Below, one piece after another: positions 1 through 11,639 of a DNA stretch of 64,000 nt (positions are counted from its first letter, which is position 1; each line of letters begins with the position of its first letter). The DNA comes from Mobula birostris. Lineage: Eukaryota. The stretch is taken from the NCBI RefSeq assembly GCF_030028105.1, contig NC_092398.1, forward strand, positions 24,877,649 to 24,941,648, written 5' to 3'. The notes beneath the pieces are model-generated. The model had not been told where the DNA came from. It saw only the letters and a list, made by a program, of their open reading frames with translations, and did not search any database. The translations under genes were made by a program, and so were the position numbers.

Positions 1-1823
1 CTGGTAAAGACAAATGTCGGTCCCCTACAGACAGAAACAGGTGAAATGATTATGGGGAGCAAGGACATGGCAGACCAATTGAATGATTACTTTGGTTCTG
101 TCTTCACTAAGGAGGACATAAATAATCTTCCAGAAATAGTAGGGGACAGAGGATCTAGTGAGATGGAGGAACTGAGCGAAATACATGTTAGTAGGGAAGT
201 GGTGTGAGGCAAATTGAAGAGATTAAAGGCAGATAAATCCGCAGGGCCAGATGATCTGCATCCCAGAGTGCTTCAGGAATTAGCCCAAGAAATAGTGGAT
301 GCATTAGTGATAATTTTTCAAAACTCTTTAGATTCTGGACTAGTTCCTGAGGATTGGAGGGTGGCTAATGTAACCTCACTTTTTAAAAAAGCAGGGAGAG
401 AGAAACTGGGGAATTATAGACTGGTTAGCCTAACATCGGTGGTGGGGAAAATGCTAGAGTCAGTTACCAAAGATGAGATAACAGCACATTTGGACAGTGG
501 TGAAATCATCGGACAAAGTGAGCATGGATTTGTGAAAGGAAAATCATGTCTGATGAATCTCATAGAATTTTTTGAGGATGTAACTAGTAGAGTGGACAGG
601 GGGAGAACCAGTGCATGTGGAATATTTGGATTTTCAAAAGGCTTTTGACAAGGTCCCACACAGGAGATTAGTGTGCAAACTTAAAGCACACGGTATTGGG
701 GGTAAGGTATTGACGTGGATGGAGAATTGGTTAGCAGACAGGAAGCAAAGAGTGGGAATAAACGGGACCTTTTCAGAATGGCAGGCGGTGACTAGTGGGT
801 ACCGCAAGGCTCAGTGCTCGGACCCCAGTTGTTTACAATATATATTAATGACTTGGATGAGGGAATTAAATGCAGCATCTCCAAGTTTGCGGATGACACG
901 AAGCTGGGTGGCAGTGTTAGCTGTGAGGAGGATGCTAAGAGAATGCGGAGTGACTTGGATAGGTTGGGTGAGTGGGCAAATTCATGGCAGATGCAATTTA
1001 ATGTGGATAAATGTGAAGTTATCCACTTTGGTGGCAAAAATAGGAAAACAGATTGTTATCTGAATGGTGGCCGATTAGGAAAAGGGGAGGTGCAACGAGA
1101 CCTGGGTGTCATTATACACCAGTCATTGAAAGTGGGCATACAGGTACAGCAGGCGGTGAAAAAGGCGAATGGTATGCTGGCATTTATAGCAAGAGGATTC
1201 GAGACCAGTAGCAGGGTGGTACTACTGCAGTTGTACAAGGCCTTGGTGAGACCACACCTGGAGTCTTGTGTGCAGTTTTGGTCCCCTAATCTGAGGAAAG
1301 ACAACCTTGCCATAGAGGGAGTACAAAGAAGGTTCACCAGATTGATTCCTGGGATGGCAGGACTTTCATATGAAGAAAGACTGGATGAACTGGGCTTGTA
1401 CTCGTTGAAATTTAGAAGATTGAGGGGGTATCTGATTGAAACGTATAAAATCCTAAAGGGATTGGACAGGCTAGATGCAGGAAGATTGTTCCCGATGTTG
1501 GGGAAGTCCAGAACAAGGGGTCACAGTTTGAGAATAAAGGGGAAGCCTTTTAGGACCGAGATTATGAAAAACTTCTTCACACAGAGAGTGGTGAATCTGT
1601 GGAATTCTCTGCCACAGGAAACAGTTGAGGCCAGTTCATTGGCTATATTTAAGAGGGAGTGAGATATGGCCCTTGTGGCTACGGGGATCAGGGGGTATGG
1701 AGGGAAGGCTGGGGCGGGGTTCTGAGTTGGATGATCAGCCATGATCATAATAAATGGCGGTGCAGGCTCGAAGGGCCGAATGGCCTACTCCTGCATTAAT
1801 TTACTATGTTTCTATGTTTCAAT
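1..1823 (+). mobile_element. CR1 LINE, 3' part of ORF2 (RT) plus 3' tail, pseudogenised
   Basis: RT motifs YLDFQKAFDKVPH and KFADDTKLGG; CR1 C-terminus NFFTQRVVNLWNSLP; tail ctatgtttctatgtttc. In-frame TGA near 205 and two frameshifts split the ORF into 214-648, 611-1063 and 814-1662. Confidence 0.95.
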
Positions 1824-2213
1824 GATATCACCGGGGCTCTGCATTTATGCACTGGACGATGGAGTTGTTCAGTCTTATGATGTTTATATTCTCTTTTTTC
1901 GTCAGTTATTTCTCGTTATTGTGTGGCGTGTTTTGTTACTTCTTTGTGTGATAGAAAGGAGTTTGGAGTTTGATGTTCTGGTTCTTGACAGTTTTTTTTT
2001 GTGTGCGTGTAGGTTTTGATGTTTATCTTTGAATTATTTCCATGCATTTCTTTGTACTGTGGCTATCTGGAGAAGCCAAATCTCAGAGTTGCACACTGAG
2101 TACATAATTTAATAATAAATGAACCTTTGAACGATTTTTGATGCCTGACGGGGCGATTTGTGTATCTCAGAGAATGTTGAGCTCATGGGATTATCAGTCA
2201 CGAGTCTCTAGAG

Positions 2214-3404
2214 CAGGGGTCCCCAATCTATTTTGCACTACGGAGCGGTTTAATATTGACAATAATCTTGCGGACCGGCCGACCGGGTCGGGGGTGGGTA
2301 GGGTTGCCAACATACAAGAGCAGCAGTCAAATACGTTGTGTTCACCCGGAGAAAGATTTCAATAACCATGAAGCCTCGTGCGAGCACCAGTGCGCATGCA
2401 TTTACGTGCAGATGTTTTTTCCCCTACAAATTCCTTTTGGCGATTCTGTTCGGGGCATTTGGGGTTTGTTAACCACGACCGGAATATCGGTAATAACTGC
2501 CTAATACACTCAACTTTCTTTCTAAAAGGGTTTATCTAACAGACTTAATATTAAACACACTGCGCATATTTTCCTCATATGAATATAGTGATAAGTCAAT
2601 TATCAGGGGAGGACAGGGGAGCGTGAAGTAAGTGTTGAACGAACTTCCAGTAGAAGTGGTAGAGGCAGGTTCGATATTATCATTTAAAGAAAAACTGGAA
2701 GGGTGTATGGGTTGGAAAGGGATTGCGGGTTGTGGGCTGAGTGGAGATCGGTGGACTAGGTGAGAGTAGCGTTCAGAGCGGGCTAGACGGGCAGAAATGG
2801 CCTGTTTCCATGCTGTAATTGTTATATAGTTATATAAGTCAACAGCATCATAACATTTTAAGTAACGTTTGGATATTAAACACACAGCACATATTTTCCC
2901 CGTATAAACATATAAAATCATTGCAACACACCGATATCGCTGAATCAGTGGGAGCCTTGGACTTGATTCCTTGCAAGGAGACGGTCCTGTCGAGTGGTGA
3001 TGGGAGACAGCGATACTCGAAGCGGGGTCCTTATGTCCAGTATATTCCGCAATTTAGTTTTCATTGCATTGATTGCAGAAAAGCCCGCCATCGCAGAGAT
3101 ACTTTGGAAATGGAAGCAGTGTTTTCAGTGCTTTCGTGGCTACCTCAGGATATTTAGCCTTGGCTTTGATCCAGAATGCCGGCAGAGATGTTATGTCAAA
3201 CATACTTTATAGTCCGCCGTCATTTGCAAGCTCGGGGAGTTGATCTCCTTCCCGCCATGACATAGACGATGCACGGTTAATGACCTCGCGTGCGTAATGG
3301 CTCAACAGTGCGTGACAGGGAATGAGGAAAGGTTTCCTCGCGGCCCGCCGGCACATGCTTTGCGGCCAGGTAGCGGTCCGCGGCCCGGTGGTTGGGGACC
3401 GCTG
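2214..3404 (+). mobile_element. Non-autonomous hAT Charlie/Buster-type element
   Basis: TIRs CAGGGGTCCCCAA...TTGGGGACCGCTG; left flank CTCTAGAG is a Charlie-type target. Carries a degenerate Buster transposase C-terminus (family copy at 52434-52658 reads KTKLRNRLDIRNPLRVSLSP) and a captured CR1 3' piece. Right flank does not match as a TSD. Confidence 0.8.
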
Positions 3405-3439
3405 GCCAAAATAAAATTCTAGTGAGTGGAGGGGAATCT

Positions 3440-3666
3440 GCATGTAAACGCATGTGCACTGGTGCCCGCGCAAGGCTTCATGGACATTGAAGTCTTTCTC
3501 GGGGTAAACTCAACGTATTTGAGTGCTATTCTTGTCCGTTGGCAACCCTACTCCCCACAACCACCCACGCCCCACCCACTCCCCCCCGCCGCCGTCGGCC
3601 GGTCCGTAAGAATATTGTCAATATTAAACCGGTCCACAGTGCAAAAAAAATGTTTGGGGACCCCTG
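3440..3666 (-). mobile_element. Inverted partial left end of the same Charlie-type element
   Basis: Reverse complement of about 2214-2410, ending tttggggacccctg at 3666. Confidence 0.75.
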
Positions 3667-4115
3667 CATTCATCCCTACTCTTTTTTTCCTCTCTGTCAA
3701 CCAATTTTCTATCCCTGTCAGTACCCTACCCCCAATAACATTTGCTCTAATTTTGCACACTAACCTCGAAGTGGCTTTCTGAAAGTCCAGGTACAGTACA
3801 TCCACTGGCTTTCCCATATCCATTTTAAAAGTTACATTCACAAAAAAAATCCAGAAGATTAGTCAAGCATCATTTCCCTTTCGTAAATCCATGCTGACTC
3901 GGACCTATCCTGCCACTGCTATCCAAATATTCCACTTTTGCATCTTTTATACTTAATTCCAGTATCTTCCCCACCACTGATGTCAGACTTACTGCTCTAT
4001 AATTGCCTGCTTTCTCTCTCCCTCCTTTCTTAAAAAGTGGGATAACATTAGCTACCCTCCAATCCGTAGGGGCTGATCCTGAATCTATAGAACATTGGAA
4101 AATAGTTACCAAGCG
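3667..4115 (-). mobile_element. CR1 RT fragment
   Basis: DWRVANVIPLFKKGGREKAGNYRAVSLTSVVGK...QHGFTKGK and PVDVLYLDFQKA on the minus strand. Confidence 0.9.
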
Positions 4116-4159
4116 TCCAATGTAAAATTAAGTTGCAATGTAAATTGAAAAGCGTGAAT

Positions 4160-5535
4160 ACAGGACTGAAGGTGTCATATCTGAAAGCGTGCAGTACACT
4201 AGAATAAGGTCGATGAAGTTGTAGCACAGTCAGAGATCGGCAGGTATGATGTTGTAAGCAGCACGGAATCATGGTTAAAAGAAGATTATAGCTGGGAGAT
4301 TAATGTCCAACGGTACACATTGTATAGAAAGGACAGGCAGAAAGCCAGAGGAGCCAGTATTCTTCTGTTGGTAAAAAATGTAATTTAATCATTAGAAATG
4401 GTTGACATAGAGTCGGCAGGTGTTGAATCATTGTGGATAGAGCTTAGAAACTGCAAGGGGTATAAAGAGCCTGATAGGAGTTTTATACAGAAACCCCCAA
4501 AAGGATCAAACGGGGTATAGAAAATGCATTCCAAAAGGGTAACCTTACAATAGTCATGGGGGATTATAATACGTAGGTAGATTGGGTTGCTGAGGGATTC
4601 CAAGGGGGAAATTCCAGAATGCCTATGGGATGGTTTTTCAGAGCTGCTCGTGGTTGAGCCACGAAAGGAGAATCTATTGATGTTGTGTACTTGGGTTTTC
4701 AGAAGGCCATTGACAAGGTGCCACACGTGAGGCTGCTTGGTAAGTTACGAGCTCATGGTATTACAGGAAAGATTCCAGCATGGATAAGGCAGTGGCTGAC
4801 TGGCAGGAGGCAAAGACTAGGAATAAAGGGGGCTTTTCTGGTGGCTGCCGGTAACTACTGGTGTTCCACGGGGTCTGTGTTAGGACCGATTCTTCTTACA
4901 TTATATGTTAATGATTTGGATGATGGATTTAATGGCTTTGTTGCAACATTGCAGACGATACGCACATAGGTGGAGGGGCAGATAGTTTTGCAGAAATATA
5001 GAGGCTACAGAAGTACTTAGACATATTAGGAGAATGGACAAAGAGGTGTCAGGTGGAATACAGTGTCGGGAAGTGTTTGGTCATATACTTCGATAGAAGA
5101 AGTGAAAGGGTTGACTCTTTTCCAAGTGGAGAGAAAATACAAAATCTGAGGCACAAAGGGACTTCGGAGTCCTTGTGCAAGATTCTCTGAAGCTCAATTT
5201 GCAGGTTGAGACTGGTGAGGAAGTCAAATGCAATATTAGAATTAATTTCAAGAGGACTAGAATATAAAAGCAAGGATGTAATATTGAGACTTTATAAGGC
5301 ACTGGTAAGGCTTCACTTTGCGGTGAATCGGTGGATTTCGTTGCCACAGGCGGCTGCGGAGGCCAAGTCTTCATATATATTTAAGGCAAAGGTTGAAAGT
5401 TTCTTGATTGGTCAGGGCATGAAGGGATACGGGGAGAAGGTAGGAGATTGAGACTGAAAGGATAAACACATCAGTCATGATAAAATGGCAGGGCAGACTC
5501 AACGGGTCAAATGGCCTAATTGTGCTCCTATATTT
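4160..5535 (+). mobile_element. Internally deleted CR1 LINE (endonuclease, RT and 3' end remnants)
   Basis: EN-like segment (gtcgatgaagttgtagcacag, acggaatcatggtt), YLGFQKAIDKVPHVRLL, LRLYKALVR, CR1 3' tail. The paralog at 53740-56375 retains the deleted parts. Confidence 0.85.
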
Positions 5536-6028
5536 AGTGGTTTTGTCGTCAATGATTTGCAGAAGCGTTGATGCACTCGGACTGTACCATCGGCTTCAGA
5601 GGACGATGGAGACAGGCATTTATCGATGGCCTATGCCCAAGTGAGTATGTAAGGTGAGTGAGTAAGGGTGTCAAAGGTGACAGGGAGAAAGTAGGAAAAT
5701 GGAGTTGATGGGGGCATTAAATCAACCATGATGGGGTGATGGAGCAGGCTCGATGGGCTAAATGGCCTAAACCTGCTCCTCGGTCTTATTCTCACTGAGC
5801 AAAAACAGCCTCGTCCCTTCCTTCAGTTTTTTTTTGAACCCAACCTTGTTATTCTATTTTTTACACTTCTTAGTTATTCTAAACATTTATAGTAATCTTT
5901 TTATGTCTTTGCTCCGACCTTCACGTCACAGAAGTCAGTGATGATAAATCTGATTTGAGAATAGCGCAGAGACGGTTTCCCAGCTTAATCCACATTGATG
6001 AAGCTCTGTCAGCCTCTCAGCCACTTGC

Positions 6029-6142
6029 CCTTTGACGTGCAGCAGTACAAGATTCCAGTCACCACCATTGCGCACAGCCCAAGTATCCCCAGGACAGCTC
6101 CAACAATCATCAAAGCTTCATTCTCAAACAGTGCGTTGTGTT
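6029..6142 (-). pseudogene. Transmembrane exon of an MHC class I-like gene remnant (copy 1)
   Basis: Acceptor ttttctcctcag|AA; reads (E)HNALFENEALMIVGAVLGILGLCAMVVTGILYCCTSKG; 114 nt, phase 1-1. Donor is G|gcaagt here but canonical G|gtaagt in copy 3. Joins in frame to the C1 exon at 11640. Confidence 0.8.
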
Positions 6143-6204
6143 CTGAGGAGAAAACGTTGGAGGTTCTGTCGTTGTGTTAAGTCATGTTTCATATCATATC
6201 ATTA

Positions 6205-6835
6205 AGTTCAAAGTTAATTTATTATCAGAGTACTTACGTATATGTCAACCTATGCAACTCTGAGGTTCAAGCTCCTGTGGGCATAATCGGCAAATCTATA
6301 GAGTAGTAACTAGAACGGGATCAATGAACGATCAACTTGACTGCAGGAGACAACAAACTGTGCCACTGTGCTGTGCAATAAATAAATAGCATCAAATAAC
6401 CAGAAACTGCGATAAAGAGTCCTTAAAGAGAGATCATTGGTTGTAGGAGCATCTTAATGGATGGACAAGTGTGTGTAATCAAGAGCCCGATGGCTGAGGG
6501 GTGGTAACTGATTCTGAACCTGGTGGTGTGAGTCCCGCGGCTCCTGTACCTTCCACCTGATGGCAGCAGCGAGAGAAGTGTATGGCCTGGGTGGTGGGGA
6601 TCTCTGACAAAGAATACTTCTTTATACAATGTTGTTTCATGTAGATGTGATCAATGGTTGGGAGGGCTTCACCCGTGATGTACTGGACCAAATCCACTAT
6701 CTTTTGTAGGATTTTCCACTCAAAGGCATTGGTGTTTCCATACCAGTCTGTAATGCAGCCAGTCAATTCACATCTAGAAAAGTTTGTCAAAGTTTCAGTG
6801 TCAGGTCAAATTTCCAGTGACTCCTAAGGAAGTAG
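6205..6835 (-). mobile_element. Rex1/Babar-like LINE 3' fragment
   Basis: Minus-strand GCITDWYGN...LQKIVDLVQYITGEALPTID and LSLLPSGGRYRS...RFRISY, with a 3' tail ending (ttgaact)-like. Confidence 0.75.
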
Positions 6836-7037
6836 GAACAAGTCTACTTCCTTAAGAGGTGACTTGTTGTGAGCAGCTCCCATGGGAATCATCAAATATT
6901 CCCATTGTTCAGGACTACAACAGCTGAAATGCGTGGTCACGGTTATGGATACTTCAGTAAATAACACATTTCACAACGTATCCCAAAGATATTAAACCTG
7001 ATTCTGTTTTGTAAAGGCATGTTCAATGTACGAGGAG

Positions 7038-9631
7038 CAGGGGCAGCGCTTAGGTGGTGCTAGCTGGGGCTATAGCACCAGCAGAAATTACAATAGCTCC
7101 ACCATAGCACCACCAAGAAATTAACTGCAGCTGCTTTGTTTTCTCTGTATAGTTTTTAAAATAGCTTGTTTCCCCAGTTGATCTAGTGAAACAGCACCCC
7201 CAATTACCGTAGCAAACACGCAGCAATAAAGTTATAAACTCTCTCAGATCCACTCTACACTTCTGCTTATTCGTTCGTTGTCAATGTCTTGCCGTTGCGT
7301 TCCTCAGATCAGTTAAGCTGATCTAAGGTCACTTAAGCTTGTGACGTCACTCACTCTCCCTCACGCGAGAGATTCATAGTATAAATTAGGAGTATTATGG
7401 CAGATATGGTCGGACGTCAAATAAGTGCAGAAATCAAGGAGGCGGGATATTTTGCCAGCATGGTGGATGAAAGTAAGGACTTGAGTATAAAGGAGCAAAT
7501 ATCAGTGGTGCTGCGGTATTTGAATAAAGAAACAGTGCTTGAAGAATTCTTGCACTTCTCTCCAGCAGAAGGGTTGGACGCAGAGTCGCTTCTTAAAAGC
7601 ATTGAACAGACGCTCGCCTAGTGCGTTATTGATAAGAACGCGTGTATAGGTCAGTGTTATGACGGGGCGGCAGTGATGTCCGGGTGCAATAACGGGGTAC
7701 AAGAGAGGCATTATATATACACTGCCATGCTCACAGACTTAACCTTGTTTTACTGGATGTTGTGAGCAATGTACCAGAAGCGGGTGAGTTTTTTGAAACT
7801 GTGCAGCTGCTTTGCAACTTCTTTTCAAACTCTGTTCCCCACGATCTTTTCATGAAGAAACAGAGAGAATTTGAATCAACTGCACAGCCCGTGGAGTTGA
7901 AGAAATTGCCAGATACACACTGGGCATGGCGGTATACAGCTTTGTGGGCTATAAGGAAATCACTCTCCGCCATTCTAGCTACACTACAGGATATTATGGT
8001 TCACCAAATGCACCGAAGAAAACGGAGGCCAGAGCTTTAAATGGACTGATTGACGCGCAGTTTGCTTTACTTCTCTCTCTGTTTGAGGATTTACTCCGAG
8101 TCACTAAGTTCATGTCAGACCAACTGCAATCTCCCAGTTTGGAGCTTTCATCCTCTGTGGACTTGGCTCAGTTTGTTATCGATGCACTCTCAGCAAAACG
8201 GGGAGAGGAATCATGAAGTGAAATTCAGACAAGAGCTAGGGACCTGTGCGTCAAGGTCGGTATACAGAGCAGAGCACATGAAAGGAGACGGGCCCAGCCA
8301 CCCCGCCGCCTACATCATTTTGTTGTTGAGGGTCAAACTGAACGCACACCTGTCACATCCCATGATGACCTTCGCAGCCACAGTTTCTATCCAGCTATAG
8401 ACAGACTTCTGACTGAAATGGAAAGACGGTTCTCAATTGAGACTGGGGGAGTTCTGACTGGACTCTTGGCATTGACTCCTAAACACAAGTTCTTCCTAGA
8501 CAAGAATTGTCTTTGGCCAATGCCCCAATACTATGGAGTGACTGAAGTGAACCTGACTGCAGAGCTACATCAGGTTCGACGTCTGCTGGAAACAAAACAA
8601 AAGGAAGGACAGACAATGAATGACACAGTGGAATTTCTAGCTCTAATGAGACCCGACGGCGATGCATTTATAGATTTATACAAACTAATCTGCATATCAC
8701 TGACTCTGCCTGTTACATCTGCCTCATGCGAACGGAGTTTATTTTGCGTCAGACGCGTCGAAAACTACTTAAGGAGCAGCAGCGGCGATGCTCGGAACAG
8801 CAACTTGGCTCTGTTGGCAATAAACAGCCGGAGGACCAAAGCACTTGACATCCAGAAAATCATTGATGCTTTCGCCACCAATCACAACAACAGACGGATT
8901 TTGCTTGTCTGAAAATATTAATGGTGAGTGCAGTTGATTTTTTCAAAATTTGGGCCAAGACTAATGCTGATTATTATTATTATTTTGTGGTGGATACCCC
9001 AAAGTCCTTATCTTTCCTGCAGATCCTAAAATATTACATTCACTACTATTAAGCCTACTTGTTTTTCCTAGACTTCCAAACGGTGATTCTGTTGATTTGT
9101 GTTTTAAATGCAGTAGCCGAGCTAATTGAGGTATTGCATGGTCAGAGTACGATTTGTCCAACGCCTAGTAAAGCCTTGCATCTGTTGTTTGCCTTATTTG
9201 ACCTTAATAACGGTGTATCGTTTGGCATTGCTGTCTATGTAATGCGATTAGCAGTGGGTTCGTTTTGTCTTTTTCAGTTGAAAATCACGCATTAGACGCT
9301 GATTGCGGGATTGGTGCGTGATTCACGTTGTCCGCTGTTGCTCGGATACTGTTTGTTTTCTTTCGTTGTTTATGCTCCGTGTAGCCCAGTTGTCCTCGAT
9401 GCCATGTGACACTGGAACAGTTCACTTCTATATTAGATCTATCAATTGCTTTTGCTTGTGAATCAATAGAGGCATTTACAGTAGGCACATAATGCTTGAA
9501 ACTGACTTTTTAACGCCACGCGTCTGGCCTTGCGAATACATATTACCATACAGTGCATCCCTCAGCACCTTTACTGAATCATTCAGCCCCTACGCAGCAC
9601 CAGCAAGAAAAATTCTCTTGCGCCGTCACTG
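7038..9631 (+). mobile_element. hAT transposon (Tip100/ZMYM1-like transposase), defective, 5' coding part deleted
   Basis: Perfect 8-bp TSD ACGAGGAG at 7030-7037 and 9632-9639; imperfect TIRs CAGGGGCAGCGC / GCGCCGTCACTG (9/12). Motifs DESKD, YDGAAVMSG, HCHAHRLNL and the CERS dimerisation region; multiple stops and frameshifts. Confidence 0.93.
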
Positions 9632-9750
9632 ACGAGGAGCATTTGATGGGTCTGGGCCTGTACTCACTGTAGTTTTGAAGAATGAACGGAGATCCTATGA
9701 AATATTAGAAGTCCTAGATAGAGTGGATAAGGAGAGGATGTTTCCTATAC

Positions 9751-10915
9751 CTGGGCCTTAGCACTCAGATCTGCAGCTGGATTTTCAACTTCCTCACAGA
9801 CAGAACCCAGGCTGTAAAAATAGAGGACAAGCTCTCCTCTACAACCACTCTGAGCACCGGTGCCCCACAAGGCTGTGTACTCAGCACCCTGCTGTACTCA
9901 CTCTACACCCATGATTGCGTAGCCAAGTTTCCATCAAACTCAATAGATAAGTTTGCTGATGACACAACAATTGTAGGCCGTATCTCGGGTAATGATGAGC
10001 TTGAATACAGAGAGGAAATTAACAACCTGGTGGCATGGTGCGAAGGCAATAACCTATCCCTCTACGTCAGTAAGACGAAAGAATTGGTTGTTGAATTCGG
10101 AAGGAGTAGCGGACCGCCCGACCCAATTTCCATCCATGGTGCGAAAGTGGAACAGGTCAAAAACTTTAAGCTCCTCGGGGTCAATATCACAAATAACCTG
10201 ACTTGGTCCAACCAAGCAGAGTTCACTGCCAAGAAGGCCCACCAGCGCCTGTACTTCCTGAGAAAACTAAAGAAATTTGACCTGTCTCCTAAAACCCTCA
10301 CTAATTTTTATAGATGCACCGTAGAAAGCATTCTTCTCGGGTACATCAGAACCCGGTAGGGAAGTTGTCCTGTCCAAGACCGAAAGAAGCTGCAGGAGAT
10401 CGTGAACACGCCGCAGCGCATCACTCAAACCAATCTTCCATCCTTGGACTCACTTTACACCGCACGCTGTCGGAGCAGTACTGCCAGGGTAACAAAGGAC
10501 ACGACCCACCCAGCCAACATACATTTTTCGTCCTTCTTCCTTCCGGGAGAAGGCTCAGGAGCTTGAAGACTCGTACGCCCAGATTTGCGAACAGCTTCTT
10601 TCCAACTGTGATAAGACTGCTGAACAGATCCTAACCCGGATCTGGGCCGTACCCTCCAAATATCCGGACCTGCTTCTCGGTTTTTTTTGCACAACCTTAC
10701 TTGCCATTTTTCTATTTTCTATTTACGATTTATAATTTAAATTTTTAATATTTACTCATTTTAACTAGATTTACTATTTTAAATATTGAATATTTTTGAT
10801 CCAGGGAGTGTGAAGCGCAGAATCAAATATCGCTGTGATGATTTTACGTTCTAGTATCAATTGTTTGGAGACAATAAAGTATAAAGTATAAGTATAAGCA
10901 GAAGTGTAAGTATAG
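9751..10915 (+). mobile_element. Rex1/Babar LINE, 5'-truncated, pseudogenised
   Basis: [10 protein letters not shown]...YTHDC...[27 protein letters not shown], and tail aataaagtataaagtataagtataag. It splits a CR1 remnant at tttcctata|ggagggg. Confidence 0.9.
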
Positions 10916-11033
10916 GAGGGGAGTCCAGGACAAGAGAGCACTGCCTTGTCATAGAAAGATGTCCATTTAAAACAGAGATGAGGAGGAATTTCTTTAGCCG
11001 GAGGGTGGTGAATGTGCAGAATTTGTTGAGTTC

Positions 11034-11219
11034 TGTTCATTTGGGCTATGTAATTATTTAAGACGCATGCGTACTCTCCCAGTTATACGCGTGCACGCGG
11101 AAGGAAAAAGAGGAACTGTGGGATGTAAAGGTGGCGGCCCTTGGGTATTGAACGGAGACATTTAAAGTAAAGTGGTTTAAACAAAAGGAAAATGTGTCTT
11201 TGCTGTTTGGCCGTTATCA
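11034..11219 (+). mobile_element. Short LTR-like sequence (TG...CA, 186 bp) followed by a Met primer-binding site
   Basis: Starts TGTTC, ends TATCA, contains agtaaa; one base later TGGTAGC... complementary to the tRNA-iMet 3' end. No second LTR or gag/pol seen. Confidence 0.55.
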
Positions 11220-11220
11220 G

Positions 11221-11276
11221 TGGTAGCGGAGGACGGTTACGATCTATCGACCTCTGGGATATGGGCCCTGCGCACT
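11221..11276 (-). pseudogene. tRNA-iMet(CAT)-derived sequence with encoded CCA; non-functional
   Basis: Minus strand gggcccatatcccagaggtcgatagatcgtaaccgtcctccgctacca matches the 3' 48 nt of vertebrate initiator tRNA-Met (reference recalled from memory) at 43/48. A 13-nt D-arm segment is missing; the 5' piece agtgcgca is retained. Confidence 0.85.
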
Positions 11277-11639
11277 ACTGAGCATGTTTGAAGCAGAGGT
11301 CGATAGGTTTCTGATTGGAAAGAACATCAAAGGTTAAGGGGAGAAGTCAGGAGACTGGGGTTAAGAGAGACAATGAATCTGTCACGATTGAATCCCAGAG
11401 TAGACTTGATGAGCCAAATGGCCCAATTCTGCTCCTAGGGTCTATGGTTTTATGGTATATAAGCTGTCTGACTTGATTCTCACAATTGACAGCAGAGAGG
11501 ATGAGAGAGGTCTTGAGCAGTTGGGACTTGCTTCTGGACAGAAACGGGCCACGATGGATTCTGTGTCAAATTGACATCAGTGAGAATACGGTGGTGTTGA
11601 CGGGGTCAGGCGACATTTCTCCAACTTGCCCGTTCTTAC

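Noticed and set aside
814-1662. 282-aa ORF (and 26891-27739) as an active reverse transcriptase
   Set aside because: It is a fragment of a 5'-truncated CR1 with an upstream stop and two frameshifts.
5500-5617. Possible cytoplasmic-tail exon (either GHR* or ADGTVRV(H/Y)QRF...) downstream of the TM exon
   Set aside because: Two competing weak acceptors, and the frame runs into a CR1 tail. It cannot be supported without transcripts.
11221-11276. Functional tRNA-iMet gene
   Set aside because: It has genomic CCA, a deleted D-arm/A-box region and mismatches in the T-arm and acceptor stem.
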